Shown: positions 35,639 through 49,141, counted from the first letter of the stretch. The stretch is 64,000 bases of DNA from Octopus sinensis (GCF_006345805.1 NC_043014.1:12772001-12836000), one strand, 5' to 3'. The notes: generated by a model from the sequence alone, not told the origin. Translations and numbers: made by a program.

Positions 35639-35989
35639 CATGTATATGTTTTGTTTTTATTTAATAATGGATCACTAATGATCGAGTGGAAGTGTCGTCA
35701 AGTGCAATAAGTTGGCGCAAAACCGTCGGTAACGTTCGAAGCACTATTTATACAACATAACATAACTGGTCTAACTGATTAGACACAAACACACATTTGT
35801 ATGACATTCTGTGTACTAGTTTCCTGCACACTGTGTTGTTTAACTCGAGGTCATCCTCCATCAGACACAATTATTATCAAAAGCATTTTAGCCACGATTA
35901 TCTTGTCTTTCTGTACATGTAGGGCTACAAATGTATTCCTTTTTAAACGGTAGGATGGGAGTTGGGGAAATATGTCTACTATTTCTAGT

Positions 35990-36335
35990 AGATCAAGCAA
36001 CAGTATTAACGCTCCCTCGTTGGCTCGTTTTCCCAGACGTTGTTGCAGTTTTGATTCACGTTTGCTCTGATTTAAAAAGTTGATGCCGCGTCCGTCTCAC
36101 TTCCCGAGTGACGATGTGTCGGTTCCCTACTTGGACAAATTGAGGCTCGTGGAAGATTCGGAATGGTACGCCAACGAAAGAATTACCTTAATTATTTTGG
36201 AAAGAATTCTTTCCGTAAGGGGGTTTGTGGGGTACAAAAGTAATTTCTTGCCATTATTTTAGTTATACGGCTCACTTCATGATGAACTATGTCTCATGCG
36301 GCTCGCTTCTCGAAAAAGGTTGCCCGTGCCTGGTT
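35990..36335. mobile_element. Possible hAT (Charlie-like) transposon end
   Basis: Ends in gaaaaaggttgcccgtgcctg, resembling hAT termini (aaaaaggttg...cctg). The other end was not identified. Confidence 0.3.
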
Positions 36336-38014
36336 TAGTGTCTGTACATCCCACGTGTATGTACGTAGTGTTTGCTTTAAGTTGATCCTAATGAAAGTTC
36401 CCTGCGTACATCGGCGTTGATCTCCCAGCGTTAGGTTTTGGGCTCGCTAGGTCATTAGTTTCAGTGCTTCCCATATGCTCAGAACCCGTGCACACATTAT
36501 CGTGGGACTGAGTTAACTAGAAAAAATAAAATAAAATTCTAAAAAATCAAGCTCGTGGGCGACGAATATGAAAATGGAGCAATGACACCAAGAACTGGAC
36601 ATAGAGTGTCCTGGCTGAGTGCAGTGTAGTGGCTATATCCGAGACCCTCAGCCAAGAGAATGCAGACTCGTTCATTTATCAGTAAAACCATTCCAACCAC
36701 AGCCATCTTGTCTTATATTCAAACTCAGTACAACCCAAACTAATGTCTTACATTCAAACTCATTGCCACCCGAACAACGTCCTTTTTTTCTTTAATAGTA
36801 CAGTTTGATCTGTGGTTCTACTATTTCTAGCAAGTTGAGCGACCACATATGGTTGCCTTCATTAGCCTCTATACTTCATTAAGTTGTTGGGGGTGGATGG
36901 GGGGACACTCAAGAATTTTCGCTAGACTAAAATATATTTAGGCAAATCGGTAAAATAAATACGCCATGAAATGAGGGCGGCATAACCAAAGCATACTGTG
37001 AGATTTTTGTGTCTGAGTTAGAAACCATTTTTGTTTCAGTCGACTGGCAAACAGTCTTCGCAATTTGCCCTCATTCATTTTATTTTTTTTTTTTTGCGGC
37101 GAAAAATAAAAACCGATTATTATTTCGTGCGTGTGTGTGTGAGAGATTATTTGTGTAGTTAATTAATAAACGCTGTTGTTAATCGCTTTTAAAACCGCTT
37201 CAAATAATTTTTTTAAGAAAAAACCATACACGTCTAAAATCATGTGTGTGTGTCTATATCTATAGATGGATGGGTGGACACATTTGCACGTGTATATATA
37301 TAATATATAATATATATAAAATATAATATATATATATATTTATTTATTTATTTATACATATATACACACAAGCATTCAATCTGTTGTTTTGAAATTCAGT
37401 TTATTTCTCAGCATATTCTCTGCGGGACTTGTGATGTAATTCTATTTTCGCGTTACTGCCTTCATTTCCTGTCCTCCACCAAGCAGCACCAACAATAATA
37501 ACAACAAACCAAGGAAGACGGAAAAGAACTTCAGGTCTTCTTCTTCTTCATATATATCTCTCTCTATATATATATATCTACATGTATTTTGCTACACATG
37601 CATAGCGTAGAAACACCCGATCGTCTATTGAATTATTGAATTCCTTCTCTTCATGTCTCCCCCCCTTCTAAGTTTCGTATTTGTTCCATCACTCGTATAT
37701 ATATATCTAAGAAGAAACCCATAAGCTCTCTTTAATTATGACGAAAACACTCCACCCCCTCTTTCTACTTCTTCCTTTCTGTTCCGTTATCTCCGTTATC
37801 TCTGTTATATTTCTTCTTCATCTACCAAGAAATACAACTTGTAATTTTCCATATTTTTTTTTTCACTGACGAAATCCGTCTACGTTTCTAAATATGAATT
37901 TCTACAACAGACCCAAACATCAGTTATCAATATTCATAATTTATGTCTTTTAAATATATGTTGAGCTCATATTTATTAATAACAAGAACAAATGTGATTA
38001 CATTATGCATGTAT

Positions 38015-38051
<37 letters not shown>

Positions 38052-38204
38052 CATACATACAAATATATACATACGTGTGTATATGAAGTGTATAAAATAT
38101 ATAAACTCTTCATGAATCAAGTATTTACGAATTCAATTGCATGTGTGTATATAAATATGTATGTATATATATATATATATATAAATATGTTTATACGTAC
38201 ATGA

Positions 38205-38264
<60 letters not shown>

Positions 38265-38380
38265 ATCATAATAATGATGTGTGTGGTGATGCAAACAGAA
38301 AAATTGCACTCAACCATGAGTGTATGTATGTATGTCTGATCGCTAGCCACTACATATTCTTTATTTTCTCTCTTTGTTTC

Positions 38381-38414
38381 TTTCTGTGGAAGAGCGTAGG
38401 CTCGAAACGTTAAA
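38381..38414 (+). ncRNA. Minimal hammerhead-like motif with A6U core (same family as 28863-28898)
   Basis: ttt-CTGTGGA-A-GAGC-gtag-GCTC-GAAAC-GTT-aaa; flanks homologous to 28780-28925. Confidence 0.5.
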
Positions 38415-40329
38415 TACTTTTTCACTCCCCACACCATCTGTCTTCGTCTTTTATCTTTTTTTTTTTGTGAATTCTTCCCCTATCAATCGCCAGAAATTAC
38501 AGAGTAACACATGGGCCAAGAATTTCTCGCATTGGCACCAATGCACAAGACTCTCTGTCCTTGTGCCAATTTCTAATTATATATAATCGATCGTTTGGTC
38601 ATAAGTCTAAAAAACAAAACATTAAAAATTCTTGAGCAGTAGTATAACTAACAACCAGATAAAAATATATATAAAATAGTACATCTAGAAGGGAGTGTAA
38701 TTTTTATGTACACATTGAAAGCTAAATGTGATTTCCGTTACATAGTTTTTCACATTATTTTTAGCAATACAGACACTTAGAGTGAGGATCAAAATGTACA
38801 ATATGTTCTTGACAGTACTTACACTTATTATCTGCTGTGTGTGTGTGTGTGTGTGTATAAAATCGTTTTTTAAAGTTCGTCTTCCATGCGGGCATGGGTT
38901 ACGTGGTTTGACAAGTATCGTTAAGCCAGAAGATTGTGCCAAGCCCCATTGCTTTGCCATGAGTTTTATGGCCATATGCTTTTCCTAACATCAACCACTT
39001 TACAAAGTTAGATGGGTGCAGACATACACATACATATGTGTTTCTTTACTACCCACAAGGGGCTACACACAGAGGGGACAAACAAGGACAGACAAACGGA
39101 TTAACTCGATTACATCGACCCCAGTGTGTAACTGGTACTTAATTTATCGACCCTGAAAGGATGAAAGGCAAAGTCGACCTCAGCGGAATTTGAACTCAGA
39201 ACGTAACGGCAGACGAAATACGGCTACGCATTTCGCCCGGCGTGCTAACGTTTCTGCCAGCTCGCCGCCTTATATATATATATATATACATATATATGGA
39301 TGAATGGACACATATACGTGTGTAGATAGGTCAAGCCAAATAAAACTATAGTCGTGGCCAATGCTGGTACCATGTAACAGGCACCTGTGGATGTATCAGG
39401 TCATTAAGAATGAAATGTTGGATTTCCTTATGCGCCAAGTTTAACATTCTTTCAGTTCAAAATCAGACATTTCATTCTTAATGACTTAATATAAACGTTG
39501 GGCCTCAGAGAGGTGATAAGTGACTGAGATCTTTGACGATATGCTGTGCTTTAGAAGACTTGTCAAGCCAAGTGAAATCGTAGTTGTGGCCAATACTGAT
39601 GTCACGTAACTAGCACGCATGCTGGTGACACATAAAATGGCATCCGTTACATTCTTGGAGTGGTTGGTGTTAGGAAGGTCATCCAGTCTTAGAAACCATG
39701 CCAAATTAGATTAGAACCTGGTGCAGCTCTCCAGCTTACCAATTACAGTCAACCTGTCTAACCCATGTCAGCATGGAAAGCAGACAGTAAATAATGATGA
39801 TAGATAGATTGATATAGGAGGCACACCTTATGTGTGTGTGTGTGTGTATGTATATATATATATATCACCCACTACACTCTTGGAGCAGTTAGCATTAGGA
39901 AGGGAATCCAGCTGTAGAAACCTTGCCAAATCAGATTGGAGCCTGGTGCAGCCTCCCAGCTCACCAGTTCTCAGTCAAACTGTCCAACCCATGTCAGCAT
40001 GGAAAACAGATGTTAAACGATGTTGATGATGATGACATAGACCAATACATATATACATAGGTACCCAATCCAGTATAAACTGCAGATCTAACCCAGCGCT
40101 GGTTCCAAGTGTAGAGTATATATAAAAATGTGCAGACAATAGACTCCCTCAAATGCTCGGTCATTGAAACCTCATACACTGTCAACAACCACATGAGTTT
40201 TGAAAGCAGTCTATATTGGCAGGGTCATGCCTTGTATTTTCCTGAAAGCCCTGGTCTTTCAGTCTCTCTCAGCAATTCTTCTGTTTGCCTCTCAGAATTA
40301 GTAACGATGCTTCAGTCTGAGAGTGAATT

Positions 40330-41250
40330 GTCAAAAAACATTCTCAATGATCGGACATTATCAAAAAAGTTGAGTTTGCCCAGCAAACCCAGGACATCAT
40401 CACCGAGAATGCTAGCAACTCATGAGAGTCGTTTTCATGTGTCAAATTCAATGTTTAGACATGTGGTACACAAAGGCATCAGTCACAAATCCTATGTCAA
40501 GAAAAGGTGGCAGTCCACATCTGATAAGATCTGGCAGAACCATGTGATCCTCAGGTTGCTTCATAAGCCCAACACTCTAACCACTAAGCCATACACCTGT
40601 GACACTGGCTACCCACTTTGTGATACCTGTATGTTTGACATGCTAATCCTGGAGCAACCTGAGGGGCCCAACTTGCTTTCGTTAATCTCAGACGGGAACT
40701 TTGTCCAAGATCAAAAAGTTAAAAGGTGCTGCACCAACCCCACTGAAATCTCCACTGTTATGCACACTAAGTTCCTATCATTGTGAGCAATTAGGGCCAT
40801 GTCATGCTCCCTGAAGTTTTCTCACAAGGTCTTAGAGTCAATGCAGCAGCCTACATTGAGATGATGATGACAGTCAAGCACTGGATTGAGAAAGTTGCTC
40901 AGGGGAAAACCATACATTTTCCCGCAAGAAAATATACATCTTCTCATACAGTCTGCATGACTCAGGTGTGGATGGCTGAAAATGTTTGGGGCATTGTTGA
41001 TGTTTGTTAATAGGGACATTATGGCCAATATGAATAATAATCACATGACAAATGCATTTAGTTGCTTCAGACTCTGTATTGAGGCAGTAATCAAACAAAG
41101 CTGATGGCAGTTTAATTAAAGAGCCTTCTGCTATGTCTATGTAAGAGTATGTGTACCAGATTTGTTAAAAATGTATTCGTTTTTCTCATAAACATCTTGG
41201 TTTTCCTGAAATTAAGATTTTGTTCTCAAATAAATGATGCACCCTGTATA
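40330..41250 (+). mobile_element. Decayed Tc1/mariner-superfamily transposase (maT/DD37D-like), interrupted by a SINE fragment
   Basis: RHVVHKGISHKSYV; SDGNFVQDQKV...VMHTKF; HVMLPEVFSQGLRVNAAAYIE...VKHWIEKVA.G; terminal caccctgtata near 41240. Confidence 0.7.
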
Positions 41251-41270
41251 TGTATTACTCACACACACAC

Positions 41271-41475
41271 ATACAGAGGATGTTGAAAAGTTTCCAGCTT
41301 TGAGTAAAAGAAAATACTGGAAGATCAGTTAATGATTTTATTCAACATATCTCCTTCTCAAATTCACAATCCTTCAGTTTTTCTGAGCCCTGTAAATGAA
41401 CTCAGAAAATTGAGCCTCCAACTAGGCCTTTAACAGCACCCTTAAAGCCAGAAACTTCTACATTGCCTTGTGTAT
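41271..41475. mobile_element. Mariner-type MITE
   Basis: Left end tacagaggatgttgaaaagtttccagcttt; right end aaagccagaaacttct...gtgta (degenerate). Confidence 0.45.
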
Positions 41476-43013
41476 ATAACATAATTTGGGTAAAAACCTC
41501 CTAGTGTGCATTGTGTATTTAAGAGCACTTATGTCATTATTTGGCTACTACATGTTATTCTACATGCAGTTGTTGCTGGCTGTGTGGTAAGAAGCTTGCT
41601 TCCCAACCACATGGTTCCGGGTTCAGCCCCATTGCATGGTACCTTGGGCAAGTGTCTTCTATTATAGCCTTGAGTCAACCAAAGCTTTGTGAATGGATTT
41701 GGTGGACAAAAACTGAAAGAAGCCTGTTGTGTATATACATATGTTTGTATATATTTGTGTGTCTGTGTTTGTCTCTCCACCATCGCTTGACAGCCGATGT
41801 TGGCATGTTTACATCCCCATAACTGGCAAAAAGAGACCAATAGAATAAGTTCTGGAGTCGATTTGCTCGACTAAAAGCCTGGTGTCCTCCTTTTTTGTGT
41901 TATATACACGCATGCATGTAAATTAAGGGAGCATCACTGAGATGGGTGAAAAAGTAGTAAAACGGTTGTTACGGCAGATATGACAGTATGGATAAAGCGC
42001 CTGAGGACTCTACCACTACAACCCTCCCAATTATTGTTGGAAAAGAGGGATGAATGTGTGTCATCATCATTATCGTTATCATTTAATGTCCGTTGTCCAT
42101 ATGATGATGTCCATACTGGCATGGGTTGGACAGTGTGACCAGCGCTGGCAAGCTGGGTGGAGCTGTCACCAGACTCCAGTTTGATTTGTCATGGTTTCTA
42201 TGGCTGGATGCCCTTCCTAATGCCAACCACTTCACAGAGTATGCTGGGTGCTTTTACGTAGCACTGCCATGAGTGCTTTACACAACCTGAAGGATTGGTC
42301 TTAACACTTCTGCTGCAGGATACGGGTCTTCTTGAGTACAACCAGATGCCAGGCACCTTGCATCTTTGTCATTTCTCCTGAAAGGTTCAGCTTCCTGGGG
42401 TCGTTTTTAAGTACTCCATCCAATGTCTTCCTGTCTCCCATTTCCACATGTTCCATCCACTTTGAGAGATTGGCACTTCTTTATGCAACATCTATATATA
42501 TGTATATATGTGCATATATGTATTTATGTGTGTGCGTGTGTGTACTCTTTACTGTTTTACGTGTTTCAGTCATTTGACTGTGGCCATGCTGGAGCACCGC
42601 CTTTAGTCGAGCAAATCAACCAAGGACTTATTCTTTGTAAGCCTAGTACTTACTCTATCAGTCTCTTTTGCCGAACTGCTAAGTTATGGGAACGTAAACA
42701 CAGCAGCATCGATTGTCAAGCGATGTTGGGGAGACAAACACAGAAACACAAATTTTTTTTTTTTTTTTGTGGTGAAAGAGTACAGCAAGGTTCACCACCA
42801 CCCCTTGCCGGAGCCTCGTGGAGCTTGTAGGTGTTTTCGCTCAATAAACACTCACAATGCCTGGTCTGGGAATCGAAACCATGATCCTATGACCATGAGT
42901 CCGCCGCTCTAACCACTGGGCCATGTATTTATATATGTATATATCTATATCTATATATCTATCTATATATATATACCTACATATATATCTTCATCATTTA
43001 ACAGCTTGTATAT

Positions 43014-43189
43014 GCTACAAGCACATATATTGCTAGAAATAGCAGTTAGCCCACTTATAGTTGCAAAAAAGCATATTAATAAATACTAACAGGATAGATA
43101 GCCCTCTATTCTGACAGTTTATATAAATATGCTTTTTCACAACTATAAGTGGTTTAATTGCTACTTCTAGCAATATATGTGCTTGTAGC
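43014..43189. repeat. Imperfect palindrome (foldback)
   Basis: gctacaagcacatatattgctagaa (43014-43038) pairs with ttctagcaatatatgtgcttgtagc (43165-43189); ccacttatagttg/caactataagtgg pairs inside. Confidence 0.8.
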
Positions 43190-43363
43190 ACTTACAATCA
43201 CAATCAGTGATGACTAAATTTTTGCTTATATAGTTTGTATTGCACCCAGCTGCCCACTTATATATTTGAGTGTGTACACACACACATATATGTATGTATG
43301 TATGTATATATATATATATATATATATGTATAAATATATGTATGTATTTATATATATGTATGG

Positions 43364-43463
43364 NNNNNNNNNNNNNNNNNNNNNNNNNNNNNNNNNNNNN
43401 NNNNNNNNNNNNNNNNNNNNNNNNNNNNNNNNNNNNNNNNNNNNNNNNNNNNNNNNNNNNNNN
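43364..43463. other. Assembly gap (100 N)
   Basis: Run of N. Confidence 1.
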
Positions 43464-43760
43464 ATCCAGGGCTTCACCTCACTCAGAGCATGAATGTAGC
43501 CATCAGTGTTCAGCCTGAGGCTCTCAAGGAAGAAGTAGGGTGACATAAAACCACCTTTACTGCTGATGTCACCGAAGACCATTTCACTTGAAACTTCATC
43601 TGCATCACTCTAGGCATGTCCTCGAGTGAGACAGCGAGCCACCTGTTGTTTTAGGAATTGATCTTCCTGTCTTGGCAGAAATTCTTCTTGTCAGAGAAGA
43701 ACCACAGCATATCTAGCTCCATTGGGTGTTTCAACGTGTTGATCAGCTTCTTTGGTCTCG
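43464..43760 (-). mobile_element. Second remnant of the same Tc1/maT-like transposase family
   Basis: WFFSDKKNFCQDRKINS*NNRWL...; MVFGDISSKGGFMSPYFF..SLRLNTDGYI..L.EVKPW. Confidence 0.7.
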
Positions 43761-44589
43761 TCTGGCCCCCGTGCCGGTGGCATGTAAAAAGCACCATCCG
43801 ATCGTGGCCGTTTGCCAGCCTCGTCTGGCACCTGTGCAGGTGGCACATAAAAAGCACCCACTACACTCACGGAGTGGTTGGCGTTAGGAAGGGCATCCAG
43901 CTGTAGAAACACTGCCAGATCAGACTGGGCTTGGCGCAGCCTTCTGGCTTCCCAGACCCCAGTTGAACTGTCCAACTCATGCTAGCATGGAAAACGGATG
44001 TTAAACGATGATGATGATGAGTAGTTTGTCCTGCATTGCCTTGGATAGAAATTCTTCCTTCCTCATCTTGTATGAAAAGTAGCAAATGTCCTTATGCACC
44101 ACCAGTCTGATGAGCTTGAAGGGTGGATGAAGGGAGTGATGAAAGGGAAAGGTGACACATGGTTAGGTAGGCTGCTGGAGTTGGTGCATGAGGAGAGACA
44201 AGTTATTATTAAGCAAGTGTTAGGAACCTAAATTGTGACTAAGGTTTGGTGGAAGATTTTTATTCAAAACTTAATAAAATCAAGATCTTTGTACTACAGA
44301 ACCAGAACTAGTTTCAGCCGGGTTGGTAATGAAAGGGTTAATACTACAGAGTCCAGGGTTCATACTAGCCTATAGCTTCCTCGATTTCTGAAAGAAATCG
44401 TTTTTTTTTCTTGTTTTTGTTTAACTTTCTAATAATAATTGTTTCCCAAATCTCAAACTAATTTTGCATGTTTAATTGAAGTTGATTTATAATTGAATGA
44501 ATATAAATGTAAATTATTCATTTTTGTTTCTTTTTATATTTTTGAAAGTTATTTATTGATTTTTGTATTTTTTTTCTTCTGATTTTTAG

Positions 44590-46107
44590 AGAGATTAATG
44601 ATAGTGGCCAGTGTAAATACTCAGTCTCTGCAAACCAGGGCAGACATGCTTGCTCATCCTCAAGGAACTTCTGTTGTGAGTGAACCGAACATGGTTAAAG
44701 TGCACCCTTTACCACAACAACCTGGTGCCGTTGATATATCTGTTGTCCCCTACGAAAGCTTCATGCAACACCCGTTCTCACAAAGTTCCACCCAGCCTGT
44801 TACCCCCAATGCCTGTTTGCCCTCACATCATATCCCAAACCCTGACACTGTCCTCATCCCTCCCAACCAGCATCTGATGCAACCCAACAGTGCCATCATA
44901 CACCCCACATACATTCAGCAACAGCAACCAATGCCTCATACTATGTCACAGTCGTCACCGGTTCAATCACAAGAAGGCATTGTGCTCCCTACCTACCAGC
45001 AGCTTCCTCAGGGCCATGACTTAGTCCTGTCCCCTCACCATCACTATTCAGGCCAGCCACATGGAACTGTCATCCTAACTCCCCAACAGAATTCCTACCA
45101 ACACCACGACCCTATGGCATCCCAACAATATATTCCGCAGTCTCATGTCCCTTCTCTTCCTGGAGTTCTGTTGTCGCCTATCCACCAGAGCCCTCATCCT
45201 CTCCATGACAGTGTATTGCATACGTCTCATCCGATACATGAGAGTGTAATGCACTCGTCTCATCCCCAGCCATCGTACGCTCCGATGCATGGAACCCTAG
45301 TTTCACCGTCACAGCCACATTCTGGAATTCTTCAGACTCCCACTGTTTTGACGAGTCATCCACTACCGTCTGTGCAGATGACCGGCGCGGCCCATGCGGC
45401 CCCTGTTGCTCACCATTACCCCCCCGTTCAGCCATTCAACTCCGTGCTGCATCCTCAGCAACAGCATTCTCAGATGCACAGCAACATCATCGCGAATGCG
45501 CACCAGCCCACTTCTCTGCTCCACACTGCCGTGGTACCTCCTTCGCCGTCTCAGAATCCGAATACGATACCCGAGGCTGTCGTGCCACCCGCCCCGCAGC
45601 ACGCCATGCCCAATTCCATGCTGCAGCATGCCCCAATACAAGGCGCCCTCGTAGCAGCTCACCAACAACAGCAACACCCCCACCACCCCCACCACCACCA
45701 ACAGCAACAGCAGCAGCAGCACAGCCCCTTACACAGAACAGGATGTTTACCAGTACACAACCAGCATCCCACAGTGGTTCCTCACCAGCCCGTAAGTTCT
45801 TTGTCTACCATCGGTGTGGCCGGCAGCCACAACCCATCTAACTCCCTCTACAGTACGGTAACCCAATCACCTCAGCAGCATTCGGTGAAGATGGTCAATA
45901 ATAAACACATCACTTCTCATGCCCCTCTTCCAACTCAGCCCCTACCTAAATCCAATGAGGTCGTTGCCTCCAGGCCACTGCCCCCAAAGATAAATGAGCC
46001 AGTCTATGCCAGCACTCACCCCTCTCATCAATCAGCCGCTTCACCCAGCAAGCCTAGCACTTCATGGGGAACCACTAATGGCACAGCTTCTGAAACAAGT
46101 AGACAAA
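44590..46107 (+). CDS. Coding exon B (~503 aa from ATG 44598; His/Gln/Pro-rich, probably disordered); unknown protein
   Basis: 510-codon ORF with a clear GC shift. Strong polypyrimidine tract and TAG acceptor at 44587-44589. Donor GTGAGA at 46108 (phase 1) joins exon C in frame (A+AT = Asn). Confidence 0.85.
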
Positions 46108-48314
46108 GTGAGAAAATCAGTCTTTTTTAATTTATTGTTTGTTTTTGTTTTTGTTTGTTTTGTTTTTTTTAAGTACTTGTTTCTTTCTTTTCCCCTTTTT
46201 TGTGGTACAGCAATTTTGTATTAAGTTGTTGGTGGTTTTGTTGTTGTTTAACCCTTGGACATCTCCCTGATTAAGCAAGCCCATGATCAAAGATATTCAA
46301 GCCTTGATCATCATACCTTTCTAGGAGTATTTTTTTGCTTTATTTTTCTTGACCCCCTAGCACTCACAAGGCTGGTTACTTAGTTTCAATGGCCTATAAC
46401 TGACCAAAATCATAATGTTCCCCTTGAATGGGACACTGGTGCATTGCAAGGTTCATGGCCAGCAAATTTGAGGGAAGAAAATAAGTCAGTTACATTGACC
46501 CTAGTACTTGACTCTTACAGTATTTTGTTGACCTCATCATCGTTTATCATCTGCTTTCCATGCTGGCATGTATTGGACGACTTGACATAGAGCTGGCTAG
46601 CAGGGAGCTGTGCAGACTCCAACAGCCTATTGTGGCATGTATTCTATGGCTGGATGCCCTTCCTAATGCCAACCACTAGCAGGGAGCTGTGCAGACTCCA
46701 AAAGCCTGTTGTGGCATGTTTTATATGGCTGGATGCCCTTCCTAATGCACAACTACTTAACAGAGTGTGCTGGGTGCTTTTTAACATGCCACAGGCATGG
46801 ATGCATCTACACAGCACCAGCATTAGTGCTTTTTAAGTGGCACTGGCACCAGCAAGAACTGAGGAGGACAGGGATTTTACTTAACTTGACTTGTCTTATC
46901 AAGTACAGCAAATCACCACATCTCTCGGTCCCTTGTCAGTTCCTCAGTAAGGCCCAGTGTCTGAATATCCTTTCTCACCACTCCGTCCTATGTCTTCCCG
47001 AGTCTACCCCTTCCATAGGTACTTTCCATAATTAGAGCTCACCACTTCTTTATGCAGCTTTCCTCATCTATATTCATAAAAGATATGGAATGCTTTGTAA
47101 ATTTGCATGTCATCCTTGCACAGGGCCACGAAATGCAAAGTAAACCCTGACAAGATTTGAAATAAGAGCATTAACCCTTTCATTGCCATATTTCTGTTGA
47201 AACACACTATCTTTTTTTTCAATTAATTTCAAAAATAAAATTATTAAAATAACTCTGACATTATTCAGCTGGGATTTGGAAAATAAATTAACATGAAATT
47301 TGAATGGAAATTTTCAACGTCGCCTTACTGGCACTTGTGCCGGTGGCATGTGTAAAAAGATTCGAGCAAGGTCATTGCCAGTACCGCCCGACTGGCCCTC
47401 GTGCCAGTGGCACATAAAAAGCACTCACTACACTCTTGGCGTTAGGAAGGGCATCCAGCTGTAGAAACTCTGCCAGTTCAAGATTGGAACCTGGTGCAGC
47501 CATCTGGTTCGCCAGCCCTCAGTCAAAATTGTCCAACACATGCTAGCATGGAAAGTGAATGTTAAACGATGATGATGATGATTACTTTAAAATGGGAAGT
47601 TTGTATCATAGGACCAAGGGCGGCTTCAGGCGGGTTGGTATCTGAAGTGTTAACCCTACAGATACTAGAAATGCTAGAGCTAGAAGAAATGCCACCAAGT
47701 ATTTTGTCCAGCATGCTAACAATTCCACCAGCTTCCTGCCAATTTTTTAGGAATATGTAGGTCTATAATATGTAATAGTGTGGAGGTGCATGGCTTAGTA
47801 TTTAGGATATTGGACTCGTGGTCATAAGATTGTGGTTCCAATTCCTGAACTGGGCGATGTGTAGTATTCTTGAGCAAAACACTTCATTTCACATTACACA
47901 GCTGGTAAAAACGAGTTATCCTGTGATGGACTGGCATCCCATCCAGGGGATGATTGTATATGCCAGAGGAACCAGGGAAACTGGCCTTTTACTCCTTATG
48001 AAGTAATGTAGATGAATGAGTATGTAATATGTCCTTTATCTTTATCTGTTGTTTAACCTCATGTCAGTTCTGATATGCCAGACATGATCAGAGGTATTCT
48101 GGCCACATTAATCACATTATTCCATGACCACAGTACTTATCATTTCCTTTTCTAAGATGGAAGGGTGTCATTTGAAGGAATTTGACTACTGTAGAGAGTC
48201 CCTCATTGGCGCCTGGCCTTTTTGCATATGCAATAGTACAGTATATGGGATTTCAGGGATATTTGGCAATTACAGTGGGGTTTGCTAATACATATCTATA
48301 TATGTGTGTATGTG

Positions 48315-48345
<31 letters not shown>

Positions 48346-48576
48346 TTCTTTACTACCCACAAGGGGCTAAACACAGAAGGGACAAACAAGGACAGACAAA
48401 CGGATCAAGTCGATTATATCGACCCCAGTGCGTAACTGGTACTTAATTTATCGACCCGAAAGGATGAAAGGCAAAGTCGACCTCGGCGGAATTTGAACTC
48501 AGAACGTAATGGCAGATGAAATACGGCTCCGCATTTCGCCCGGCGTGCTGACGTTTCTGCCAGCTCTCTGCCTTTT

Positions 48577-48620
<44 letters not shown>

Positions 48621-48808
48621 TGTATGCATACAAAGGGTTATTCAGCTATCTCTTTCACATTCATATATTAACTGTTTAGATCTTAATTATAAAAAAAAAT
48701 GAAACCATTGTTCTATGCTAATTTAGTTAATTGTAAAATAGAAATTAAAAGAAATTTAGAGTGCCCACTTGATAACTGTAAACCTACTTTTGGGTCACCC
48801 TGTGTGTA

Positions 48809-48870
<62 letters not shown>

Positions 48871-48877
<7 letters not shown>

Positions 48878-49041
48878 CAAAACAGTTTGATTTGGATTCC
48901 ATACTACTTCAAGTTTTGAAGTCCCTAATAGAGCCTGTCTCCTCAGGCTGGTGAGAATCCAAATGATTCAGATTCTCACCAGCCTGACAGGAAAGGCTCT
49001 GTTAGGGCCTTGAAAACTTCAAAAGTAGCATGGAATTTGAA
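48871..49041. repeat. Diverged ~80-bp-arm palindrome
   Basis: tattattcaaaac/gttttgaataata outside; caggctggtgagaatc/gattctcaccagcctg inside; 11-nt loop. Confidence 0.8.
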
Positions 49042-49141
49042 TCAGATTGTTTTGAATAATACGTCTAACTCCCAATAAACGTGTTAAGTGCCCTTTTGTT
49101 TGTTTGTCCACTCACTCAAGTATGTATATATATATATTATA

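Noticed and set aside
37867-37895. CTGACGA motif as a hammerhead
   Set aside because: Followed by GTTTC rather than GAAAC; no stems I or III.
37400-38000. Coding exon linking exon A to exon B
   Set aside because: All frames close quickly and no convincing phase-compatible acceptor/donor pair was found; at most UTR-like.
40130-40786. 218-aa ORF as a host gene exon
   Set aside because: Contains decayed Tc1/maT-like transposase segments and a SINE fragment; no good splice context.
47390-47425. HDV-like ribozyme in family C units (GGC-cctcgt-GCC resembles P3/L3)
   Set aside because: No consistent P1 starting with G, P1.1 or P2/P2' could be assigned by hand. An HDV descriptor search on the family consensus would be needed to revive it.
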